Assembly: GCF_036588685.1 (NCBI RefSeq)
Contig: NC_086377.1
Coordinates: 47,430,001 to 47,494,000, forward strand
Length of the DNA stretch: 64,000 nucleotides
From: Mytilus trossulus
Lineage: Eukaryota
Reading direction: 5' to 3'
The position numbers and the translations under genes are program-made. The notes below the pieces were generated by a model. That model was not told the origin of the DNA. It saw only the letters and a list, made by a program, of their open reading frames with translations, and searched no databases. Shown in pieces: positions 16,608-28,494 of the stretch. The first letter of the stretch is position 1, and every line of letters starts with the position of its first letter.

Positions 16608-17221
16608 TTAAATATATTTCTAATATCACATGTATAAATAAACGTTCATTTGACAGATCTTCAAAATGAAGTATATTTAGTAATTTTAACAATTAAAAAG
16701 CAGAATTCACTCATACTTATTGACAGTTTTTGTGATATTAGAAGATATTAAAAAGATTTAAAAAAGTGATTGTATCCAATCACAAAAGGGGGAGATTCTA
16801 TAGAATAATAATTATAATTATTATTTTAAAATTTGTACACTTCACTAATCGAGCTAGTTTGAACTGTTCAAAAGTAGACAAAATTAAAATATGATTTTTT
16901 TTCCATTTTTTTTTATTGGATAAGTAAATTTTCCTAGTTAACAGTTCTTAAATTTGTGATAACAAAATAACTAAAAATTTTATCAAGTTTTCATATTTTA
17001 AAATTGTGATTTGATGCTTTTTTAATAAGAAATACATATTGAATTTATGATTTTATTTCCGACGTGCGACTGCTCGATGAGAAATTCTTCCCTGTATTTT
17101 TTTTTTAACCGAGTGTATAGTTTGCCGGCCACTATGGTCGTGAGACCCCCTTAGGCCGCCCGCGTCTTACGTGCGGCTTACTGATGAAAAATTCCCACCC
17201 GTACTTTTGTTGACAGTATAA

Positions 17222-17447
17222 GCAACACGACGGGTGCTGCATGTGGAGCAGGATCTGCTTACCCTTTTGGAGCACCTGAGATCACCCCTAGTTTTTGGTG
17301 GGGTTCGTGTTGTTTATTCTTTAGTTTTCTATGTTGTGTCATGTCTACTATTGTTTTTCTGTTTGTCTTTTTCGTTTTTAGCCATGGCATCGTCAGTTTG
17401 TTTTAGATTTACGAGTTTGACTGTCCCTTTGGTATCTTTCGTCCCTC
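17222..17447 (+). repeat. Abundant interspersed repeat (non-LTR 3'-end type); further copies at ~22745-22935 and ~41813-42033
   Basis: CGACGGGTG...GAGCAGGATCTGCTTACCCTT...GAGCACCTGAGATCACCCC is shared among the three loci. Confidence 0.7.
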
Positions 17448-19329
17448 TTTTGTCTCATTGGCAATCATATTTGGAATGAAACTGGACCCTGTAGTTTTGC
17501 ATCGGTATTTTTTTCCTGCTCAAAATATGTTAATTGCAGTAATGAAATAATAGTTTTTTGAAGTACTCAGTATTTAAATGAAAGATGCACAATTATATAT
17601 TTGGTTCTAATTATTTACAATTAGTTTGTTCAATTCTAATATAAGACGTAGTTATATTTTTTTACTTTAGTTTTGTTTCAAAGGGTAAATATATTTTTAT
17701 AAAATCAAAATTATTTACTAAATTTAAAACTAATAATTATTTTTTCATTTGCTATTTTCTTTAACGTCAACAATTTGGACAGCGGTTATGACATCATAGC
17801 TAAGATAATCCTAAGATAGTTTCAATGTGCATGCTGAGTCATGTTGTAAGTCGGTCCTACCTTCATCCTAATTTCTGTCCTAAGAATATTTTATAGGACC
17901 GATTTTAGGACAGTTTCAATAAACAGGCCCCAGTTCTCATAATGTTATTATGTAACCAATATATTTTTATTCAGATGAATTATGTCTTTTATTTCCTCGA
18001 ATTTATACTTTAGGCATTAAGCTTAATGCCTGAACCCATTTTTCAGGATTTTAGCTTAAATCCTAGGATTTAAGACTAATGCCTAACATCATTTAGGCAT
18101 TAAACTTACTGCCTAGGCGTTAGCTTATTGCCTAGGATTTAAACGTAATGCCTAATTTCACTTATTGCCGCTAACATATACATTATAACTCTCATTGGTT
18201 TACTTTTTCATCTATATTATAAATGAAAACTCTTTATACGTGTAGAAATGAACATTTTGAACCTACATCAATTTAAATTTGAGTGGGTTTTTACTTGTTC
18301 TGTTTTCACCACTGTCTGTGTCTTAGATAGATTGGCACTTACAAGTACAAGGGAGCTACAACCCATTGGTCAGATGTTCAACTTATATGTATGCGTCCGT
18401 TACTACGTACAAATATAAAACAATGTATAATATATCGCCAAATGCCTAACATCTGTATTATAATGTTTATAGATGTATGATTCTCTCATTTGACATCAGG
18501 AATGTAAACCTACCATAAATCGACGAGTATATGCCCAACGAAAGGGATCCACGTCAATGAATAAGCATACAAAATAGTTGTTTCGTGGAAATCAACTTTC
18601 TGCTTTTGGTCGGGTCGTTGACTTTCTGACACATTCGCCGTCTCCGTTGTGTACTCTACATAAGCATTATGTTTTTATATAGATGCGAATCTAGACTGTG
18701 AACCTCGGGAGCCTATATACAGTGTGATAGGGCGTGTCACATTTAGACTCCACGAATGAGCAGAGTAAGTTTTATGCATCTATCAATTTGTATAGCTTTG
18801 TCATTATAAATAGGGTTATCATGTGTATTCTATGTTATTAATCGGAAACTATTTTCACTGTTAACTCTTTCGGTAGAAACGGTTGAAGTGTTTTGGGCAA
18901 TTTATGTATGTGTGTGTCTAACAACAATTTATCATTATATATATATATATATATATTATAACTCATTTATTGACTTTCATTTATATTATAAATGAAAATA
19001 AATGAACATAATGATCAAGTAATTATTTAAAAGTTGTAACAAAAGTACGTCACACAGTCTTTAGACTGACAAATGAAAACATTAAAAGTAAAAGATTCAA
19101 GAACTTATTGGTAAGTTATTCAACTTTTATACATACATCTATCTAGAATCACGTACACACATCAGACAACGGATGTTTAAGTTCTTATCTATTGATTTCT
19201 CATTAAGTTTGCAAATGAAAATGATTTAACACGTCAAATATACATGAGTGTGTCTTTTTTTCTCTTCGTTGTAATCATTGATTTGATTGTATTCATTGAT
19301 TTAATTGTATTCAAATAATTGTTATCATT

Positions 19330-19425
19330 TGTAATTATTTGTACCAAATTTAACTTGTGATTATTCTGTATGTAATTGGCGTCTTTAATTGACAATAACA
19401 TATATTTGATTTTGATTTGATTTGG
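19330..19425 (+). mobile_element. Short LINE 3' tail remnant, (ATTTG)n
   Basis: ...TTTAATTGACAATAACATATATTTGATTTTGATTTGATTT. Confidence 0.35.
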
Positions 19426-20114
19426 ATTATGTTGTTATCAAACAGATGCTACAAACGTGTCTGGGATATTTGAAGATTGACTAATCAAATTATTGAATGT
19501 GAGTCTATGTAAGAATCAGACAATTTATAAAAAATTAAAAACATGGCAAAAAACCCTCATTAGTTTACCATCCTATTTGGAAATTACCCTCGTCCTGAGT
19601 TAGAATTCATAGTTCTTTCGTTTCTATGCGTCTGGTAATTCGAGAAATTACATTTGATTACAATGAGAGTAAATAACAGAGTTCCCACCCTTTAAGGTTT
19701 GTGATCCTTTCTGTAGCCATGTGAATTTAGAAAATTTTCAAACTGAAATATTCCAAGGTAACAGGCTTATAATTTGCAAAACAGCAAATATAATAAATAT
19801 TATAAATGGGCTATTTTGTACATATACCAAGGGGACACTTCGTGCAACGTGCAACGCATTATTATATAATGTTTCCTTTTTTATGTAAAAAAGGGGATTA
19901 CGTTGCAAATAAAACTATGATATTTGCAAAAAATGCACAAACTTTAATACAGAGAGTTTTTTTTTAAATACAATTTTAACACCCTAGGATGTACTTTAAT
20001 AGGTACATAATTATATTTCTTTTAACCAATATTAAAATTCATACACTTGTTTTAAGGAAATAATTGCTAGCACTGCATGCAATAATCCTCCACCTATACC
20101 ATGTATACAGCAGC

Positions 20115-20371
20115 GAATTGCCAAATACAAAAAAAATGAAACAAACCATCTTTTAATTCAATAATAATTTGCTGAAATTAAAGCAAATTATACATTTTTT
20201 TTAAGTGTTTATACTGATGGATCGAAGGATGGTAAGCGAGTTGCATCTGCTGATGTCCTTGGACATAGAGCTGCGACTGTCGGTTTGTCGTCTGATACAT
20301 CCATATTTACCGCTGAAGCACAGGCAATAATTTTGGCTTTGAAATTTATTGCTACTCCAGACAAGTCAAAA
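20115..20371 (+). pseudogene. RNase H domain remnant of an I/Nimb/Ingi-group non-LTR retrotransposon
   Basis: Translates to ...SVYTDGSKDGKRVASADVLGHRAATVGLSSDTSIFTAEAQAIILALKFI (YTDGS and SIF-x-AE-x-x-AI motifs), with upstream stops. Confidence 0.75.
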
Positions 20372-20456
20372 GGAGTAGGTCCGGTAGGACCGATTTTGGC
20401 CTAAAATTTTATGTTCATCTGACGTAAGATTTTGACCACTTTTTAAACACTTAAGT
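20372..20456 (-). mobile_element. Second, truncated copy of the Spy-type MITE (one end only)
   Basis: AAA|GGAGTAGGTCCGGTAGGACCGATTTTGGCC...CACTTAAG is the reverse complement of ~15997-16082. Homology stops at a TTAA. Confidence 0.75.
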
Positions 20457-20612
20457 AGCAGTCTGGCTAAGAATCATGCAAAATGATGATATAGTGATAC
20501 ACACTGTATCACAGAAATCCACAATAATTTTTGTGTTGAAAGATATTGTGAAGTAAGAGCTAAATTTGTAATATTAAACCAGTGAACACAGTATATTTTT
20601 CTTGGTGCTTTA

Positions 20613-20733
20613 TTTAATATTGGACAAATATGAACTTTCCCCACTTATTGCAGTATAAGAATTTCACTATTTTTTAATATTGGACAAACATGAACTTTCC
20701 CCACTTATTGCAGTATAAGAATTTCACTATTTT
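20613..20733. repeat. 60-bp tandem duplication
   Basis: CCACTTATTGCAGTATAAGAATTTCACTAT occurs at 20641 and 20701. Confidence 0.9.
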
Positions 20734-22201
20734 CTCCTAAGACCGGATGTTTTAAAGGGATAATTTGCGATTTTTCACTTTTCATCTTATTATGTTCATA
20801 ATACCATAAAAAACATATTCACCAAGTTTTATTTTGATATGAAATCTAATAAAGGAGAAAATTAAGAATTATTAATTTTATTTCTTCAAACTTCCTGACT
20901 TATGTGAAGTAGTTTAAGTCTTTAAGCATGCCGGGAGTGAAAATAATCTCATTTTAAATCTTAATCGTTAATCATCTTATAACTCTATTTAAAGCGCATC
21001 GACGACGTTTGGTGTAGCTATAAACCAACTAATAATAAAGATGGAACAGCGCTCATCCTGAAATTAGAATGTGCGATTTATATTTTAATATTTTCTGTAA
21101 TGATTATAGTGATACAAGTTAATCGTATAAAATATTTTTTATGATTTTTTTTCCCGACGAATATTTTGAACAAACATATATAACTGAAAGTGTTTTAAAA
21201 ATGCATGTTTGTACTTTTTACCTTTTACGTCAGTCTAGTAAATATGTGCTGCTAGTACATTTACATAGTGTGCAAATACGGCCCGCAAATACAATGTGTA
21301 TTGTACTTTGACACATACATAAAGTTACTACCTGTTGAATGCGTGGTTAAATTCAAGTGAATTAAAAGATTAACATTTTGTATCTTTTGATCTTTACTTG
21401 GTGAATTTAAGCCGTCACGGTTCACTTTTCTAGGTGTGAACGACATTTCGTATTTATTTTAAACGGGGGAATCTTAATATTTTCCATGAGCTCAGTTTAA
21501 TTAAATATATTATTAACGCTGAATATTTCTGGTCAAAAAAATAAGAAATACTTAGTTAATTTAATTGAATAAAGTTATAAATAATGATGTCCTTATCAAC
21601 ACGAGTAAATGAATTAAAAAAAAATAAGAATCGGTGACCTTGAATTTTTGAAATAGATAGTTATTACCAACTGCAGTTATATAATTGGGTGGTTCAAAGC
21701 GAAATATTCAGGAAGAAACGTCCTTATCAAAATAATTTAATTCTCACCGCGTACTAATTCTTTAGCTATTTGAACGAGAATATATCCAAAATGTTGACAG
21801 AAAATTGAAAGGTCAACTTTGTCTTATTGGAACGGACTTGAAAAAGAACGATTTTTTTTTTTAATTCTTTGTGATTAAATTTTGAAATGAGCATTCTATT
21901 TTATTTCAATCAGTTTATGGTTTCAACCCCGAGTCCTTCAAAATCTAACATGAATACCCAGAGATTTGTTTGGATAACCTGGAATTCAAATAATGGAATC
22001 ACCATTGTTATAAATACACAAGCTAATCTAACTTTTAACTTCTACCTGATATTTAGCCAAAATCAAAAGACGTCGAATTAACTTAATCAATTAACTTTTT
22101 CTCAATCCCTTGTTTTCTTATGATTGGAGCGTGGTTGTTTTTGTAAAAAAAAAAAGTTTGATATATAAGCCTTTTTAAATAAATCTATACTATAAGCTAA
22201 A

Positions 22202-22540
22202 ATGTCTAGTTCAGAGAGTGAAAGTTCTGATGTATCCAGCTCCCAAAGTGAGACAAATTTTGACGAGTGTGGTCAATTTGGGTACATATTAGAACCGGAG
22301 TACACTGAAGAAGAACTCCAACAAATTGAAGCTGAAGAAACTTCTAGACCACAGGATATTTTAAATAATCCTCGCAAGTTTGACACCAATTGGTGTTCAT
22401 GTAAAAACTGTATAGTCATGCCATTGCCGGCGGAGTGTTTCTGCTGCCACGAATTTACGCTATTAGAAGAAAAAATGAATTTGGGTGAATGTGTCACTGA
22501 AAATACAGATTTTAGAATAGTTTGTCTAAACCCCGTTGTG
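22202..22540 (+). pseudogene. KolX-like protein (P2X7 C-terminal 'ballast' Zn-binding domain homologue) of a KolobokP-type transposon, 3'-truncated
   Basis: Acidic N-terminus, then GYILEPE, WCSCKNC-x-x-M-x4-ECFCCHE and CVTENTDFRIVCLN. Convergent with a Kolobok transposase fragment. Confidence 0.75.
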
Positions 22541-23875
22541 AAAGTGACACTTCAGACTCGGAATAGTTCTAAAATCATTTTCACGATTAACCAATACAAT
22601 TTTTCACAATGTTTCAGATTCATTTCATCATTTCATTATTTGTGTATTAATAAACCTATTTATGAACTATTTAATTTTGATGTCTAATTTTATAGAGTTG
22701 CTTGTTGTATATATTAACATGAAGGTTTGGTATACCACAGTAACCACGGAGCGTTGATATCATTTGACACAAGATCCTCCCGAGATGTTGGTGGGGTTCT
22801 TGTTGGGCAACCTAAACCAGTTTCCGATGATCTGTTTTTTATCTGTTTTTTTGTGTCTTTTGATCGTTTATTATGACGTTGTCAGTGTGTTTTTTAATAC
22901 TAAATATGACTTCCCGTTTTGGTACCTTCTGTCTTTATACAAACAAGACCTTGAAACTTAACATTGGAAATGTATCATGCTACTACACAATGCAACAAGT
23001 TTGTAAGAGAACATGCCACTCTGTCTTTTTTTGTTCATTGGTTAGGCCGTTATTTTTTTATTCTTCATATTTGTGATTTCTTGGTCTTTTTCGGCTGATT
23101 AGGCATCTCATTGTTGAAGGCCGTACGGTGACCTGCAGCTACTACTTTTTGTGTTATTTGGTCTCTTGTGGAGAGTTATCTCATTGGCAATCATACCACA
23201 TCTTCTTTTTTATATCTAAATGTTTGTAATTATATCGTTTATGGTTGCTATACTGCTTACACGTTTTGGATAGACAACAGAGTTTGAAGTACTTCATACA
23301 GGTTTATTTTTTTTTGACACAATCAGTAACAAAATAACAAAATTTAACAAATAAACACAATAATAATCATTCATGTTACATTATAACTTTATACGATGCA
23401 GAAACCTAACATCTATAAATCAACGAATTATAATACTATACACGATTCAAATAAAAATACTACAAACGGTAAATACAAGTATCTCACAAAGGCTTCATTT
23501 TGCATCTTTTTACTCTCTGACTCGCTCGATTTCGTCTCATTTTACAAAGCCTTTGTTCACTACTTCCCTGAGTTTTTTTTTTATACATGAATATATATTT
23601 GTATACGGACTTTGCAGTACTATCCAGAAGCGTACTTCAATAATTCAACAAATTACGATTTGCTACACGTCATGATTAAAATATAGATATTACAAACGGA
23701 AATTAATTCAAACATTTTCGGCTTGCATATTTCTTCCATCTGCCTCTCTTGATCTATCTAATTAAGGATGCCAACTATCACTCTTTTTTTTCTTTTAAAC
23801 TTGCTTATACATATAAATTTATAAGACCAATTAATGCATACCACACTCAACATACTGTCAATTTTAGATATTCAA

Positions 23876-24510
23876 TCAAGAAAAGCGAGATCTGTGATCG
23901 TCAATTAGGTCTTCCTTACACGGTGCAGGATCCTTGCTTATGTTTACGGGCAGTGACAGTGACTTTAGCTGGTGAACTGTTTTCCTTTTGGGACCCTCCT
24001 GTTGGCTAGTGACTGCAAACTGCAATATATCGGCTTTGAAATCGTAATCCTTCTTCTCGTATATTTTGCGGGCCGTCCACCTTCCAGTGCTCTTGGGACA
24101 TCGGGTTGCGAAGGACAGTTTGCCATTGGCATCGGTCTTTTGGTTTCTCCCGATGTTTACATTGTTGTCTACCACTGCCAACTGAGTACGGGCAACCATT
24201 GATGCGTATTCAAACTCGAGTCGCTTAGGACAGTATTTCAGCATCATGGAGTGATATGTTTCCAATGCTCCTGTGTGGCAAAAAAGATCTAGTTGACGTA
24301 TGTCCCGTAGAATTAGCTTGTCTGTGACGACCTTCTCTAATGCTGCATATGCTTGGCTGTCTTGATTCAACCATTTCTTTTTCCTTATATCATCAGGGCT
24401 TAGTGGGGGGTGTCCACATTGTGTCACAATCTTCCCAGGAAAGGTGTGTCTATTCGAAATATGACAAAGAAGGCTTCTCCATGTCTCTTCAAGTTTATCA
24501 GAATCACAAA
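23876..24510 (-). pseudogene. Kolobok DDE transposase, C-terminal fragment
   Basis: W-x-SLL-x-HI-x-N-x-H, C-x-H, KKWL, FCHTGALETYHSMMLKYCPKR, M-x-ARTQLA-x-x-D-x-N-x-N and terminal HRSRF are characteristic of Kolobok transposase C-termini. Confidence 0.8.
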
Positions 24511-24957
24511 ACGGCACACATCAGTGCTTATCGTTCCCTTTGGATTTGCACGTGTTTTCGACGTCCATCTTTGTTCGATTTACCGACCTTAGCCTCGTTT
24601 TGAATTTTTAGGCGGAACTTATGAATATTCGTTGAGAATGGAGTATGGTCTGCGCTAAAGTACCGATGGACCAAAAGGGTAATGTTATTAAAAGGGCTTA
24701 CATTTTAAAGGAACACAGATGTAATAAACAGTCTTTTTGTAGAAGCTTGTGTGATAAGGCTTTATGGCATATGTGATAGGCTTTATAATTAAGTATACCG
24801 GAAGGCTTAAGTGATTGTTTCTAAATTAAAAGAATAAAAATATTAACTCCCATAAAATGTTTCGCATAAAACTAGCAAACCATTTATACTGGTTCGCTCT
24901 GATGTGCATTGCAAACATAAATGAAAGAGTTATAATATCAAGTACATATAATTTACC

Positions 24958-25330
24958 TTGGTTAAATGGATTTTTTATTTATCATCAGCAAAAAGAACTG
25001 CCTTATCCTTAGTTAGGTTCACGGCTAGTTCACGTAAATACTTACATTGAGCTGCAGCATACTACGAATCTGGATGTGTGGTTTAGGTATAAAGAAACAT
25101 AGTTGTGAAATACCAATGCTAACGGAGAAAGTTTACGGCCCATGTATGGCTGAGATAGCATGTGACCCTGATATTTCGAGGTATATTACAAATTACTCAT
25201 CTGTGCTAGTGTATTTATATTTTAGTGTCTGTTCTTATGATGTAGAGGTGGATCAAGTAATTTTCAGTAGAAGGGCCTGCTCCAGTCTTCTCCAAACAAT
25301 TCTGATGTCTTGTTTTTCGGATAACAGAGT
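24958..25330 (-). pseudogene. Degenerate Zator/TP36-like transposase remnant
   Basis: Minus frame gives HPDS*YAAAQCKYLRELAVNLTKDKAVLFADDK*KI, resembling the H-x-D-x-HY...DDK-x-K block. Several stops. Confidence 0.4.
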
Positions 25331-26570
25331 CTGATGATGATTCACAGCCTAAATCCTGTGTTTTATTTGCATATAAAAAATCTATTTTACGTTCTATCAT
25401 ATTTGTTTTTGATATCGCAGATGACGCTCTTTATCATTTTCAGCTATTAATTACATGAAATTTCTTTGCGAGGAGTATGCTGACAATGTACAGGTGTGAA
25501 TTATACAAGCCCCAATAAGCTTGAAATATTCTGAATGCCGTTCAACTGCATACACATCAAACGAATGGATAACAACGTCATATTCCTGAACTGAAACAGA
25601 CATTTTAGAAATGGTGGATTAAACCTGGTTTTATGTGGATTGACAACCTCTCACGTGCATGACAGTTGTATACAATTCCAGTGTCTTTTCAACGATGTGT
25701 GAACAATACAGTATTCGTTTTTACTAATGTTTGAGAATGGCTTTCGTGTTAATTAGTTTGTATGAATGTTCCTAGATATACACGTATACTATACTAAACT
25801 AAACAAAAGAAATATAAAGTATAAAAAAAAATCAAATAACATTTACGTTACACAACATATTTGAAGTTTTGGAATTATTGTAATGTGACTTTTTATGTCC
25901 ATGACTTTTGCAGTTTGCTGTACACGATTTTTTTCTTATCATAAGAATATTTTTAAATGAGACTTAAACCTTTCAGCAATAAGAAGATTATCTCTTTCTT
26001 CAGGTTACATTTCAAAAAGGTGCATCTGCTGATGCCACTGGAAAGGCAAAGTTGTGTCATACAGGTATATAATATAAATATTTGGATTGATAACACGTAC
26101 GAATTTTGAAGACTGGTACCCTTATCCTAACTTGAATATAGTTTTGAATCCGTAAAACCAACAAAACAAAAAACAAACAAAAAGTGTCAAAAGATGTTTT
26201 GAATAGATCGTCCCAGTCCGTAGTTGTTCAACCTTTAAAGACGAAACATTGGATTGACTGTCAATTTATTTTTTATATATTTTTTGGGTAATGCTCCACA
26301 ATTAATGGAGGAATGTACAAGAAACTGAGAACTATTGTCATGTGGTTGTCATATGTATACATTACATGTATGTCATGTTTGAGAAAATAAATAAATTTTA
26401 TTTTTCAAATCAAACCCAAAGAGAAAAATCAAAGATATTTTACTTAAAGTAATAGTCTATTTGAATAAAATAAAAGCAATCCAATAAAAAGTAAACAACG
26501 AAAAAATTACGTAATAGATGTTGACATTTGGCGGGGAAAGTTTATTTGATAAGACAAGATGAGTTTTTAA

Positions 26571-27881
26571 ATGATTTGGATGCTATGTCAATGCATTTAC
26601 ATTACAAATGCATATGATATGAATACAAGGACGTGTAAGACAGTTGAAGACCCTTCAACGTACAGTGTGGTAGAGCTGAATTGTTTATATGAGGGGAAAG
26701 GGAGATACTTGTTTGAGGGACCGTCATCAATTAGAAGGGTGACCATCGATAGATTAACGGAGGAGTCGATTTTCATCATCTTGGGAGACCTGCATGAATT
26801 GTTTGTGCTAACTGGGAAACTTGAACTGTGTAGTTTGATTTCAGTACCCAAATCCACCATAGTGAAGATTGGGAGTGCATACTGTGTAAGTACACCCCCC
26901 CCTTTTTTTTTAAGGTTGAAGGTTTATGCAACACCTACACACACACCATTCAACATTACTAAAATAAACCAACCACTTATTGAAACAGAATAAAACAAAT
27001 ATATAAAACATTAAGCACCTTTGTAGTAAGGTTATCTCTTTAATAAGGTGTACTTTGCAGATGAGTGGCAAATTCTAATTTTTAAGTCTTGTATATTTAA
27101 GTTTAGGTGGAACCCAGTGCTTCTAACACTAGAGGTGAACATGTTAGCAAGATTTTATGTACTTAATTATAGTAATAATGATGACAACGCTAATTTTATA
27201 AGTATGTGTTTTATATAAAATCTAGTGGATTATGCATATCTCATTTACATAAGTTTCACATGCTGTGCTCTACTGTTCTATTTGTATTTTTTTTTCTATT
27301 TATAGCCGGAGGTGTTCAGTAAAATTTCGTCAACAAGTTCTAGGATTACAAATATGGTGACTGCTTCTGATGTGGATAAATCATCAACCTCTACAGCGGA
27401 AACCCTTACATCAGAGATGTCCACATCCTACTCGACTAATGGGAAGACTGAGAAGGTGGTTGTTCAGACGACTGTCCTCCCCCAATCCTCGGTTTGTTTT
27501 TCCTATTTGTTCTCATTTATCCTATAATTATACAAAAATAACTTTAAATTTTAAAAATATTGTTACAACTTTAAAATAAAACATAACATTAAATATCTTT
27601 ATTTAACTCCCAATCAAAAGCTGATAAAGAGTTTACAAATATTACACATTTAAGTATATTCTTTTCAAATGTAATTTGTATAGTATTTACTGTTTTAATT
27701 TCAGGAACATACTACTACAGACGCTGTACCCTGGGTCGTCTCAACCGTGGCCAGCATTGCAGGTACATCTTATTCATCAAATTCTAGGACAGTGATTTGG
27801 GTAAGTGTCGCAACTGTTGCTAGCATTGTCTTTTTCACTTTATCATTTTGTTGGTTTTTTAGAAAAAAAAAACTTTTTTGA
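26571..27881 (+). CDS. Orphan type-I membrane protein, ~225 aa; exons 26571-26885, 27306-27491, 27705-27881
   Basis: Phase-0 GT/AG introns. Hydrophobic N-terminus, 4-Cys ectodomain, Ser/Thr-rich stalk, TM segment VIWVSVATVASIVFFTLSFCWFF followed by RKKK, TGA at 27879-81 and AATAAA at 27890. Confidence 0.6.
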
Positions 27882-27919
27882 AAACTTTCAATAAAACTAA
27901 ATACATATCAATTAGTATA

Positions 27920-28345
27920 AGAATAAGAATAAGAAAACTTTATTAATCCAATTATGGACCCTTGCGGGTTTTAAATTTCATACAATGATTACAATGATTT
28001 GTTATAACAATGAAATAATAAAATGAAATACATGACAATAGAACTCTGAACAGTTATTGCATGCGAATGGAATAGAAAGTAATATGGGAGACAATCAATC
28101 AATTTCTGCAAGGATTATTCCCCTTTAAACAGATATGGTGTTTTGAGTTGCATACAAATGATATGCAGCCCCAACTGATTAGATATAAAGGTATTTTACT
28201 CCCATGTACACACAGCAACCAATAGATCAGACTGAAATGGAAATCATGTGTGGTGTAGATGAAAAGGGGGCAATATCAAATTAGATTTTTTCAAAATATT
28301 AGAGATCATATATTGTGTTCATACATGGCATGTTACATATATGTA
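27920..28345 (-). mobile_element. Older 5'-truncated CR1-group LINE 3' end with (TTCTTA)n tail
   Basis: Minus strand reads GGGTCCATAATTGGATTAATAAAGTTTTCTTATTCTTATTCTT. Confidence 0.6.
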
Positions 28346-28494
28346 TCAAGTTTTCAAGTTTTTATTAAATCAGGAAAATCAATACAAGTATAATGATGTC
28401 TTCCCCCACATTAACATGATATTACATCACATGAATAAATATATATTATGTATGAAAAAATATCAAATCAAGTTTAAATGAATAAAATTACAAA

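Larger units (their letters stand above)
15029..18176. mobile_element. Non-autonomous TGT...ACA TIR element with 6-bp duplication TATACA; hosts nested MITEs
   Basis: TGTTAGCGGCAATAAGTGAAATTAGGCATTA ... TAATGCCTAATTTCACTTATTGCCGCTAACA. TIRs contain TAGGCATTAAG sub-repeats. TATACA sits at 15023-15028 and 18177-18182. An empty-site paralogue is at ~18822-18998. Confidence 0.85.

Noticed and set aside
17175-17200. Additional hammerhead (CTGATGA at ~17181)
   Set aside because: No stem II followed by GAAA, and no cleavage triplet geometry.
17234-17479. Small hydrophobic membrane-protein ORFs (also 22764, 41883, 51420, 950)
   Set aside because: They lie in T-rich interspersed repeats or low-complexity intronic DNA, so the hydrophobicity is compositional.
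22202-22687. Host P2X7 receptor gene
   Set aside because: No P2X ectodomain or TM exons. The convergent Kolobok transposase indicates KolX, and the last ~48 codons are read-through into unrelated sequence.
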